From a virus (lineage: Duplodnaviria; Caudoviricetes), in the IMG/VR virus record IMGVR_UViG_3300028591_000082: a DNA stretch of 64,000 bases; one strand, written 5' to 3'. The first letter of the stretch is position 1. Each line of letters begins with the position of its first letter. Shown one piece after another: positions 49,768 through 60,784 of this stretch. Made by a program: the position numbers and the translations under genes. A model generated the notes under the pieces. The model saw only the letters and a list, made by a program, of their open reading frames with translations, did not search any database and was not told where the DNA came from.

Positions 49768-50058
49768 TTAACATTCACGCACTAATCGATCTTCGGCTTT
49801 ATATTCCAACTGATCGATTTGAGCCTGCGTTAATTCTACATTGTACTTTGTTTCGTACAGGGTGCAGAAATCCTCAAAACACTCTTGAAAAGAATAGTAT
49901 CTTTCCTTTTTCAAAAATGTTTTTTTGGTAATATCACTGTAAACACCTATACAATAAATGCCTTTATACATATAAAGCATAACTGTTTGCATACCTATAA
50001 CAAAACGGAAATCGACACTGTCATCGTTGACGATAATTTCTTTTGAAGCCTTCCACAT
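49768..50058 (-). CDS. early hypothetical protein (start revised to MWKASK)
   Basis: GAGGTGAT RBS. Confidence 0.7.
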   Translation of the reverse strand: MWKASKEIIVNDDSVDFRFVIGMQTVMLYMYKGIYCIGVYSDITKKTFLKKERYYSFQECFEDFCTLYETKYNVELTQAQIDQLEYKAEDRLVREC

Positions 50059-50178
50059 CTTTATCACCTCGCACCAACAGTATAACAAGATCAATCTGAT
50101 TGAGCAGGGTGCAACACTGCCACTGTGTTATAATTTGAACACCACTTTTTCAAGTGGTAGGGGCTTTCGCCCCTAGAC

Positions 50179-50583
50179 TTAGGCAACCAAGGCTACCTGC
50201 AACCTACTTGCTACATAGGCTACAGCCCACCTAGAAGATTCGCCATTTTGGTTTTTACATACGATAGGGTATGTTCGGGCACGATTATTCCAGTCAAGAA
50301 TACGCCAGGTATTCCCCTTTTCATCACGCCATTTTAAGCCGATGACTACTTTAGGAACATCACGATAATAACACCATAAAGCGTCATGAATTTTGGCATT
50401 TGCGAAATCGTCGATTTTAAGAGAGCCGTCGGTATTTTTTTCGACAGTTTCAATAGTAATCTTCAAGCCAGTATCTGAATAAGTAATACGAGATCTAGAC
50501 ATCTCATTATTAAACTCAGCCAATAAACCACTAAGCATAGAATCAAGTCTAGCATGGAAAACTTTACAAGTTGATTTATCCAT
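50179..50583 (-). CDS. early hypothetical protein
   Basis: GAGGTGAT RBS; box promoter. Confidence 0.75.
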   Translation of the reverse strand: MDKSTCKVFHARLDSMLSGLLAEFNNEMSRSRITYSDTGLKITIETVEKNTDGSLKIDDFANAKIHDALWCYYRDVPKVVIGLKWRDEKGNTWRILDWNNRARTYPIVCKNQNGESSRWAVAYVASRLQVALVA

Positions 50584-50710
50584 TTTATCACCTCACATCT
50601 TTATTATAATCTGCTCGGACTAACCGAGCAGGGTGCAGCACCACAACTGTGTTGTAATTTGAATACCGCAAATAAGAGCACCACCCTTTCGGGTGGTGTA
50701 GAGTGTGATG

Positions 50711-50992
50711 TTATGCGGTCATTAAAGATACTTCTCCGAGTGGAGAATGCACCCGTCTATGGCAGTTCGCACAAAGGCACACAAAGTTGTTTATATCGTT
50801 TTTACCACTTACTGCAAGTGGAACGATATGGTGGAGTTCAATGACATATTTGTCTCTTTCTCCACAAATCTGACATTCATACCCAAGACGCTCTTTAATT
50901 CGTCTAATGGTTGCCATTTTAGGTCTATCTCGTTTTATCGGAAAGTGATGGCAAATACGCTCGTACTCGCTCATTTTGTGTCCTTTCTTCAT
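50711..50992 (-). CDS. HNH endonuclease-like protein
   Basis: CQICG..IELHHIVP...G.N...N...LCANCHRRVH. Confidence 0.85.
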   Translation of the reverse strand: MKKGHKMSEYERICHHFPIKRDRPKMATIRRIKERLGYECQICGERDKYVIELHHIVPLAVSGKNDINNFVCLCANCHRRVHSPLGEVSLMTA

Positions 50993-51548
50993 AAACTTGC
51001 CCCCTTAGTTTATTATGTCTTATGCCCTTATTATACTCGGCTAGCACTAGCCGAGCAGGGTGCAGATTAGAACAGAGCCGAATGTCTTTTCTTAATCCAC
51101 GAATGTATTTCTGTTACTGCAAGATAGATTGTAAGCACTACAAGAGCAGGTACTGCCACGAGTGTTTCTACTGAAAACTGATTAAGCCACTGTATCATTT
51201 TATCACCTCACGACTATAGTATACCCCATTCGCACTAGGCGAACAGGGTGCAATTAACAGATACTACTCCAAGAAGTATAGTAAGAACAAAAGCCAAGAG
51301 CATTTAATCCCATACAGATTTCTCTTGCATCCCAACGAGCCAAATCTTTTGCAACAAGTCTTTCAACACCATTCTCTCTGATGTAGACATTACTAAGAAG
51401 TTGCCAATGAAGTTTCTCTTTGTACATACTGTCCTCCTTACGCCTTTATTATAGCAATCATTGATTGATTGAGCAGGGTGCAACGCTGCAGCAATGTAGT
51501 AATACCAACCCCGCCCTTTCGGGTGGTGGGGCTTTCGCCCCTAGCGGA

Positions 51549-52007
51549 TTATTCAGTAGCGTATTTGATAAACTCATCATAGAGATTATGCTTTGCAAGG
51601 AAATCAAAAAGATAACAACTACCAACATAATCTTGTAAGGCTTCGTCGATTGCATTTTTTATACTATCGTTGCCATTTTCAATAAGTGTTTCAAGTTCTT
51701 TTTGAGTAAAATCTGTAATACTTGCAGAAACATGAACATTATCATCGATTGCTTCAACTAAAGCCCTTAAATCTTCATTGTTGTCAAATTCAACATCGTC
51801 CAAGAAAGTAATACCATCAATAGATTGTACAAGTTCAATGGCTAATCTTTCGCCATAGTCATTTGCATACTCTCCAAGATACCCGTAGTACTGACCACAG
51901 TCATCGCAAAAATACAATTTTTTGGCAATATCTAATTCATGGTCTTTAATCTGTTGCTTTTCCCAATCTTCAAGACCACAGAATGCTTTTGTTGTTTTTG
52001 TTTTCAT
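51549..52007 (-). CDS. acidic early protein
   Basis: GAGGTGAT RBS; box promoter. Confidence 0.75.
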   Translation of the reverse strand: MKTKTTKAFCGLEDWEKQQIKDHELDIAKKLYFCDDCGQYYGYLGEYANDYGERLAIELVQSIDGITFLDDVEFDNNEDLRALVEAIDDNVHVSASITDFTQKELETLIENGNDSIKNAIDEALQDYVGSCYLFDFLAKHNLYDEFIKYATE

Positions 52008-52483
52008 ATCATCACCTCACGCTTTTATTATAACAAAGTTTGACTGATTAAACAGGGTGCAACGCTCACCCCGATGTAGTAATACCAACACCGCAAATAA
52101 AAAACCCTAGGGGTTATCCCCTAGGGGTAACTACCTACCTATACCATAGGTATTTCGGTAGGCAATCGGTAGACTCTTGCTAACATTAGAGCACGAGAAA
52201 TGCGAGTGGATTAAAGTGGCTACCCGTTCACTCGATTGTTTTCTTTAAGCCCTCGACCAACCTTGAATACGAGGGGCTATTGTCGTGCAAGCAGACGGAG
52301 GGTTTGTTACGCCATAGCCCACAACTACGTGAGGCTTTCGCCTCATTACATCTGTATTATACTATACTCCCATAATGAGAGCAGGGTGCAACACTACTTG
52401 GTGTAGTAATACCAACCCCGAGGTCGGCTCGGCAGAAAACCCGAGAGCCGACTTCTATTCCCACCCTTTCGGGTGGGGGCAGA

Positions 52484-52906
52484 TTATTCTGCCTTTTCTA
52501 CGCCAACAACCTTTGAGAAGTTGATGTAGCGAACACCTGTTGTTCCGTTAGGGGTATTACCCTCTGTGTATTCTACGGTAACAGTTGCTTCACCGATTTT
52601 TACGATAGGGAACTTGTATTCCTTAGCAAACTTGCCCGAACCACAGATAACGGTTACGATGTCGCCAACATTTGCTCCCTTAAGCAGAGCCTTACCATTT
52701 TCGATATTTTCGGCTTTCTGAGCCTCTCTCTGAGCCTTAGCCTGTTCTGCGAGAGATTCCTTAGCAGAAGTCTTGATTTTGCGGATTTCGTCGATAGCAC
52801 AGTCGAGCAAATCCTTATCAACACATTCAGCGTTGATACCCATAGCATTAAGACCATTTGCAACTTTTGCAACCAATTCAGAAGAAAAAACTTTCTTAGC
52901 GTTCAT
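52484..52906 (-). CDS. coiled-coil plus KOW/SH3-like protein, paralog 4
   Basis: same motif. Confidence 0.85.
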   Translation of the reverse strand: MNAKKVFSSELVAKVANGLNAMGINAECVDKDLLDCAIDEIRKIKTSAKESLAEQAKAQREAQKAENIENGKALLKGANVGDIVTVICGSGKFAKEYKFPIVKIGEATVTVEYTEGNTPNGTTGVRYINFSKVVGVEKAE

Positions 52907-53205
52907 AAGACACTCCGTTTTGCCTAAGTAAACTTAGGACTTTTATTAGATTTTGTTTTGAGGAGCAACGCTCCCTTATGCCTTTATTGTACTCCGTTCG
53001 ACCTAGCCGAGCAGGGTGCAAGTTTTAGCCTTTTCCATAGAGTGAGGGGCGAACCCTCACTCAGCCATAAGACTGTTTCTCACTGCCTTACACCATTATT
53101 ATAGCAAGGTTTATAGACTTAAGCAGGGTGCAACTCGGCAGAGCCAGACCCTGGTGTAGTGATAGCAACCCCGCCCCCGACCCTTTCGGGTCGGTGTATA
53201 CTTTA

Positions 53206-56200
53206 TTAAACAAACATTCTGATTAGTTCATTAGCGAGTAAGAGTTTTTTCTTTTTGTCGCTATCCAAGATTTTTTTGTCAGAAACACTTTTAATTAAAG
53301 CACGAGCAATTGTAAGTTTCTGACTGTCGGTAATTGTATTGCCCAAGTCGGCAATAAGTTCAAGCAATTCGTCGTCGTTCATACGCAACTCCTTATGGCT
53401 TTATTATAATGCCCTTGCCACTATCGAGCAGGGTGCAACTCTCACCAACTTTCCTTATGACTTCAAAAGGAAGTACCATATTATCGCCAACGAAAGCAAC
53501 CCTTTTATCGCTACTGAAGGAAGTGATTATGCCTACAGATACAGTAGCCAAACTTTTATAAATGATTCTGTCGCCAACATTAAGTTTTTCGATAACCATA
53601 TCTGACCCCCTTACGCCTTTATTATACGCCAATCAATCGAGCCAAGCAGGGTGCAACTCCAACGACTGTGTTGTAATTCGAACACCGAAACTCACCGAGC
53701 GAACTCGGTGAGCAAGAGATGTTATGTGTTTATGTGTAAGTGATTTGCAATAGTGTTCTTACCCTTAATTTTAGCCTTATGGTATTCATAGCAAACCTTT
53801 GCTACATTTACCCCTATCATAAAAATGGCAGAAACAATTTTAATCGGTGTATTACCGAGTACCATTCCAACAAAAGAAATAGTCCTTACGAGTGTAGATA
53901 CAGATTCGATATAAAACTTTTCCATTTTATCACCTCACACCCATAGTATAACAAGGCTTGACTGATTGAGCAGGGTGCAAGTCGGCAACTGTGTTGTAAT
54001 TCGAACACCGAAAATAAAAAAACTCACCACCCCCTGAGAGCAACGCCTGCTCTTGTGGAGATGGTGAGTGTAACTCAATACCCTTTTATTTTCGCCAAAA
54101 GGGTGAAAAGAACTCGGCGGTATTAGGCTCGCGAATGCCCACATCAACTGCAATAGTGATACTTTCCATTAAAGACAGAAACTTTTAATCTACTATGGCT
54201 TTCTACGATACCACTAACGGTAATCAAGGTCGTCAGATTACATGACGGATTTTGTAAGTGTTTTCTCACATAGACTGTCTATAGGAGGCTTTCACTCCCT
54301 TATGCTTTTATTATACCCCATTCGTACTAGGCGAACAGGGTGCAACTATGCTACAAGTTCCACATAGTCAATTACTTTTATGCAATAAACATCTGCCCTA
54401 GAAATCTTCTTGCCAAGTTTCTTAGACATCTTTTCAATATAGAAGGGCAACTTCATTTCGACATCTTCCTTAGAAGCGTTGTCGACAAGCACACATTCGC
54501 CCAACCAACTTCTTAAAATTATAGCAACCATATCTTGCCCCCTTACGCCTTTATTATAGCAAGGTTATTCAAACAGAGCAGGGTGCAACTCTACTACTGT
54601 GTTATAATTTGAATACCGTTTTGGAACGGTAGGGGCTTTCGCCCCTAGTCTCTAGTCGCTATCTTCAAGTCTTGTAAGATAGTCGTATTCTTTTAATTCC
54701 TTTTCAGTTGCAAACTGATACAGTTCGTCGTCGCGTATTGCAATAAAGAAAGGATTTTCTCTTTCAAAAAACTTGTAAAGAACATCAAGAGCATTTTTCT
54801 TACACTTCATTTCTTCAAGTTCTGATTCTGCAAATAAACCACCAACGCAAGTGTTCATTCTCAAATCATTCTCGTCGTTTATACTCCAACCCAAAAGGTA
54901 AGTAAGTTCACAAAAGAACTGTTTCTTTTCCAAATCAACCATAACCACACCTCTTGCCCTAAGTATACTCCACTCACACCACCAAAACAGGGTGCAACAC
55001 CAACTATTGTGTTATAATTTGAATAGCGTAGGTGGGGCGTCTGCCCCTTTTACCTATGCAACTTTTATATTGCGTACAATGAAATTGTTTTTCTTTTCTT
55101 TTTTGATAATCTTTATAAGACTAATTGAATTGATAACCAAGCAAGAGCCATTCATAAAAATCATACTAGGTAAGCCAAGCACGATAGCATAAACCAAGAA
55201 CATAATTCCACTTACTATTGCGATAGTACGGAAAATTTTCTGATTCTTTACACAGTATGTAACCAACACCAAGCAACTTGCAATAGTACTTAAAACTTCC
55301 ATAACATCACCTCACGACAACAGTATACTATGCTCTCACTAGGAGAGCAGGGTGCAACTATGCTACAAACTTGCAAACATCTACTGTCTTATATAAGTCG
55401 CATACTTTTTTTGACTTCAAATCTTTACAAAGTTTTTTGGCATACTGTCTTGCTTTTCTTTTAGAAGAAAAGTGTATTGCATTAGAGGGTCTGCCAACAA
55501 GAAAGCCACCGTTATCATAGTACATACGACCGTCCCAAGATTTTACTCCGACCAAATAATACTTGACTCTTTTCATACGCACCTCTTACCCATATTATAA
55601 CAACCATTGATCGATCGAGCAGGGTGCAACGCTGCCACTGTGTTGTAATTTGAATAACGAGTTGAGGGACAGATTGGCTCTGCCCCTTGTTCTATATCAC
55701 AGCGTTATCTCCACAGTAATGTTTCAGGGTTGTCTGCAATCTTTTTTGCCGAACCCTCGATTGCTTTATCCATATCATAGGTCTTAGCCTTGATAGCCTT
55801 CTTCAATGCGACAACTCTTCTGTGTCGCTCTGCTATTGTAATCATAAGCAACTCCTTATGCCTATACTATACTCCCCCTAGGTTGAGGGAGCAGGGTGCA
55901 GTTAAAGCGTTATCTCTTTAAGAAGTTCAATAGATGATTTATCCTTGTACTTCTTTTCGTAGTAATACTTCCACTCTGCGAAGTAATAAAAACCATCTGA
56001 AGTGTTATTAGTATAGCAAGGCATTTTTAAGATGACTGCTTCTTTGAAACTATCATCATCGTTTTCAAAAGCCTTAAAGATTTCTGCATAAGCTCTGACA
56101 TTTTCCTCTGCTTCTTTGGCGGTGTCAAAGTTTTCATCAGCAATATTAAATGCTCGGTCTGTAAACTCGTTATAAATAATGTTATCCAAAACCTTAAAAG

Positions 56201-56500
56201 CATTATCGCTAAGCGTTATAGTTTTTTCCATATCATCATCTCTGACTAGAGTATAGTAACCCCACTGTGTGAGAGCAGGGTGCAAGATTAGAAGAGTTCC
56301 ATAATGATAGATCCATTATCATCACCATAGCACTGTGGATTATTACAGTACCATTCATATTCTTCCCATGTTGGTTCTGTGCCTTTTTTGAAACACATCA
56401 TTTCATACTCTGCCCATGTGAAACAATCTTCATACTGTTCCTCTGCAAAGCAAGAACAACCAACCAATAACAAAGCAAGTATTAAAATAATCTTTCTCAT
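53206..56500 (-). CDS. series of monocistronic small early genes (left ends 53206, 53393, 53722, 54346, 54652, 55054, 55358, 55902, 56288)
   Basis: each has a box promoter and most a clear RBS; 55054 and 53722 are hydrophobic membrane peptides; 56288 has a signal peptide. Confidence 0.7.
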
Positions 56501-56637
56501 AGCCATAGTATATACAGTGGTGTATATACAAACAGGGTGCAGACTCCACCACCTGAGTTTGATTATGCACCCTGCTATAGCACCTCAATCTTTGTATAAT
56601 AAAGTTGTGAGGTGATAATATGAAGAAGTTCTAATTT

Positions 56638-56963
56638 GTTCCTGGCAGGGTATGTATATATACAGTACCCTGTGGGATAGGTGCCCCCGCATCTTCCAAC
56701 GCCGAAAGGCTTAAAAAGTTTATGCAGGGGGTGGGTAAAAAACTCCTGGCAGGGTTTACTATACATATATATAGTACTATGGTATGCCCCCACGCACTCT
56801 CCAATTGTATAAGGCTAAATGCCTACACAAAGAGCTAGTAAAAAGTTCCTGGCAGGGTTTCCACTATATAATGGTATGTGTATATAGTGCCCTCCGCTAT
56901 TCCTCCCCTCAAACTGCCATAAAAGGCTATAAAAAGGTATAGTGTTTTACTCCTGGCAGGGTT
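56638..56963. repeat. degenerate tandem repeat, period 103-104 bp, core TCCTGGCAGGGT
   Basis: CCTGGCAGGG at 56641, 56745, 56848, 56952. Confidence 0.8.
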
Positions 56964-59883
56964 TATATATGTATATTCCTTTTAAAGAAGTGGCTTTCTA
57001 CCCAATCAGAAGTAGGATACTCGCATCTTTTACAACTATAATCACAAAGGTCTTCATAGCGTTCCTTATTGTATAAATTAGGGAGCTTAAGCTTTGTTCC
57101 TATCACCTTCCATATTGCAGTACATGAATACCTGGTTCCTAAGGTCTTGGCAAGTAAGTGAAATCTAATTCTACCGTCTTGGTTTAATAGCCAGAAGTAT
57201 TGGTGTGCTACACAGCCCTTACAGTGCTCGTCTTCTACTTTACTAAAAATTGGTTCATCATATTTAGCTATTTCTTTATTGTTGGCTTTTTTAATTGCCT
57301 GTTTTAAGATACTAATATTTAATATTTTATCTATCATTATTACTCCTGGCAGGGTTTATATATGTATGGTACGGTTACAGTGCTGTAGTTTTGCCAGTAT
57401 ATAATCTGAGCGTTGTGGAGGTGCACATAATATTGTGTTATAATTTGTTCCATACTGATAATTTAAACATTCTCTAATATCAATACAACTTATAAGGTAA
57501 GTGGTAAGTTCTTTACTTACTATATCTAATAGTTTACTTATATAACATCCATCGCAGTAGCAACTTGCTTCTTTTCCTTTTACCTGCTCTATGGATTTAA
57601 GTATTTGTTTTTTTGTTATATTAATATTTGATCTATCCACTATAGATGGCATAATTACTCCTGGCAGGGTTATATATGTATAGTTTTTCTTACAGAAACT
57701 AAAGATTCTACTCTTTTTGGATTTGGATAAAGGCAAAAGTTTCTTGGCTCTTCATCGTATTCATCTTCATCTTCAAGATCTTCAAATGTACTTCTGTCAT
57801 ATATATGAGTACCATATTTAATATCAATCAATTTCCATACTGCAGTACATGCGAATTTAGTTCCAAGTTCAGCAGCATTCGACCATAAATCACTTCTGCC
57901 ATTTCTATCTAAAAGCCAGAAATAATAATAAGCAGTACATCCTTTGCAATGTTCTTGTTCTCTTTGCATTGAAAGTCTGGCTTCTTTGTTACCTTCTCTT
58001 TTTCTGGCACTTTCAATTGCTTTCTTTAATTTATGTAAATCAATTTTATGCATTTGCCTTTCCTATATATCAATACATCTGAAACATTTAGTAGCATTAA
58101 TAAAATCATTTGCTACTAATTGAGTCAACGAGCAGCTTGTTGGACAATATGGGAAGAAACGTTGAAATAATCCCTTACCGCCACAAGGACTTCCACATAA
58201 ATCAACACCAAGTGCAAGCATAAGATCTTGAACTACACAAGTTTCACAAGATCCAATATAAACTTTTCTTGTTTTGATTTGTCTTATTTCTTTTGCATAT
58301 TTTTTTATTTCACCATTAAAGTAATTTTTATCTATAGTTTTCGTATTAATTTTTGCTGTTGCTGGCATAATTACTCCTGGCAGGGTTTATATTATAGTAA
58401 CCCTTGAAACTTTAAGTAATATTTCTTTTGTTTGGATTGGCTTTGTTGGACAAAATGACATACCTTTAAAATAAGATGTTCCATATTGTTTATCAAGAAG
58501 CTTTTTTACTTCAGAACAACTTGGTCGATTAACTTCTTCAAATAATTCTTCACAACGTCTTAAATAATGTATAAAACAATTACCACATTCATTAAATCCT
58601 TCATCTTTTATTTTAGTAGCATTTTTTATAGATTCTAAAATATATTTTCTACTAATATTCATTGCTTCTCCTATAAAGGTAAAATTCTTTTATATTTTCT
58701 TTGTACATAATCTATAAAATTTGCTGATACCATTTGTGACATATCGCATAAATAAGGACAGTCTGGAAAATACTTTTGAAATCGTTCTTCGTTACCACAC
58801 CCACATTCAATTTTGATACCAAATGTTTTTAATAAGCAAACAACTATACAATCATCATCAGAACAATCAGTTTTGATACCAATACGAAAATTATCTATAT
58901 CAATTTTATTTATCTCTTTAATGATTTTTGGATTAAGGGAACCTTTAAATTTACCAAAATCAACCGCTTTTTTAAATCTTATTGATGGCATATTCAATTC
59001 CTTAAATGTTAATTAGTCTTGCGTTGTTTATAATGCGTAGTATATCTTTTGTTGATGAATGAATGTCTTCTTCTAAATAACCATTACATACAATAATGCC
59101 TTTATGATACTTTTCTTTTATCATATCTTTTATATAAAAACAAGAATTTTTATAACTTTTTTTTGGTATTATTTCATCATACCATTCTTGAATAGTTATA
59201 TCATGCATAAGGTAATTAATAAAACATTTTCTACATTTTGGCGGATATGCATTGCCTCCAAATGAAGCTTCCGCATATTTTATACATTTTAGTATATTAC
59301 TTTTATCTAAATTTAATCCCATAATTTATTCCTGGCAAGGTTTATATTTCAATACATCCTCTCCCAGATATCTCATTATATAAAGTCTTGTATGCTTTAT
59401 TACAATCAAAATAGTTATATAATCCTGGATTTTTTTTAAATATCGTAGGTTCTATTTTAAATTTATAAAGTTCATTTTCTATACCAGTAGAACATATACC
59501 ACCATTAAATCTACATAAATTACAAACTCTATTACCTTGTTTAATAAGTTTATTTATTTCAGAAAGTTCTCTTTTTGTAAAAATAGGTTTTAAGATTGGT
59601 TTAGTTTTCATATTTTTGTTACTCTTTTAAGACTTGCAATTATATATATTATATCGTTTCTTGCTTCATTACAAGTTTTTGCTTCGCCATTATAAGTTGT
59701 ATAATATCCAAGAACAGATCCGCATCCGCTAGTAAAAGTGTCTTGTCCAAATCCTAAAATTTTAAGTGCTTTGCATACAACACAATAACTACAATTAGTT
59801 GATGCTCTGATTCTTGGATTTTGTAATAATTTTTTTAATTTTATTTTTTGCATTGATGTTGGATCTGCCAATAACTTAATCAA
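56963..59883 (-). CDS. array of nine CxxC family genes (left ends 56963, 57356 [start 57652], 57670, 58063, 58387, 58671, 59002, 59342, 59608)
   Basis: CxxC..C..C; tails RNIHI, RTIHI, KTIHI, RCIDI, RVTII, RILPL, RLINI, GCIEI, RVTKI. Confidence 0.85.
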
Positions 59884-60434
59884 TCTTCTCCTCCAGCAGC
59901 TTTTAACAAGTCTGCTTTATCCTGTACATTATTACAAAATTTTGCCCAAAGAGTTTCTGTATCTATAGGAATAAATTCAAAATCTTTAAAGAACTTACTT
60001 TCAGAGTTTGATTTAATACTTTTATTTATTTTCTCTGCTTCTCTACATTGTTCTGAAGTTGGATTTTCCAAAGAAGAATAAAATTCATATTGTTCATTCT
60101 TGTATCTTTTTATATCATTATTTTCACCTGGAATATATAAAATTGCTCCAAACAAAAGAAGTATTGTACCAAAAACATCAAGTGCTACAGATAACATCAA
60201 TAATATTTTATACCAAACATAACAACAGTAACTATCCCAACATAAATGTTCTGTACAAAAATATTTTATTTCATTAAATTTTTTTGCAATAGCATATTCT
60301 TTATCTGTTTTGTAAAGATTTTTTAAATGAAAATTATAAACAAAAATTTCTTTTATTATCAAAAGAATTTGAGGAATAAACATTAAAAATATTATTAATA
60401 AAAATCTTCTATATGTTACCCAATTTATATACAT
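59880..60434 (-). CDS. two-TM membrane protein
   Basis: hydrophobic segments. Confidence 0.7.
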   Translation of the reverse strand: MYINWVTYRRFLLIIFLMFIPQILLIIKEIFVYNFHLKNLYKTDKEYAIAKKFNEIKYFCTEHLCWDSYCCYVWYKILLMLSVALDVFGTILLLFGAILYIPGENNDIKRYKNEQYEFYSSLENPTSEQCREAEKINKSIKSNSESKFFKDFEFIPIDTETLWAKFCNNVQDKADLLKAAGGED

Positions 60435-60784
60435 AAGCTTCTTTCTTGTATTTTTGCAAATTCAAAAGATGTCATAAATACTTTACAAACATCATCACCT
60501 TTGCTATCTAGTTCATTATATAATTTTACAAAATCTTTTGTGCCAAATAAGTCATCAAATATATAAGCATTTATATGACAGCTGCTTGTTGCAACTATTT
60601 TTTTATCACGAGCAAGGTTGTTATAAAAAGTTTTTTTATTTAAAAAAATTTCTTTGTATCTTGGAGGTAAATCTCTTTTTAGTAATCCATCACTAAATGG
60701 GCATTTACAAAAAAAAGATCCATCACCTCTAACTATATTTTTTATACAGATTAACATATCTGAATTTTTTCTTATTAGTACCAT
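60425..60784 (-). CDS. divergent Cys family protein, tail RSLCI
   Basis: CKCPF..SC..C; resembles 38357. Confidence 0.65.
   Translation of the reverse strand: MVLIRKNSDMLICIKNIVRGDGSFFCKCPFSDGLLKRDLPPRYKEIFLNKKTFYNNLARDKKIVATSSCHINAYIFDDLFGTKDFVKLYNELDSKGDDVCKVFMTSFEFAKIQERSLCI

Larger units (their letters stand above)
433..56541 (-). promoter_or_regulatory. dispersed family of ~55 phage promoters, TGCACCCTG-N20-TATAAT(A)
   Basis: + strand tattata-N~20-cagggtgca, with the box at e.g. 459, 2514, 4522, 6159, 9814, 13782, 16804, 19641, 25771, 28102, 29121, 30799, 34062, 37355, 38094, 39581, 42990 and ~34 times in 46.5-56.6 kb; fixed spacing, usually just upstream of minus-strand genes. Confidence 0.85.

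Noticed and set aside
47470-56541. Repeated cagggtgca...tgtgttgtaatttgaatac units as a CRISPR array
   Set aside because: Spacing is irregular (40-700 bp), the intervals contain ORFs, the repeats are degenerate and fixed to a -10 box, and there are no cas genes.
56945-59345. Integron attC sites
   Set aside because: No RYYYAAC/GTTRRRY ends or long hairpin, and no integrase in the window.
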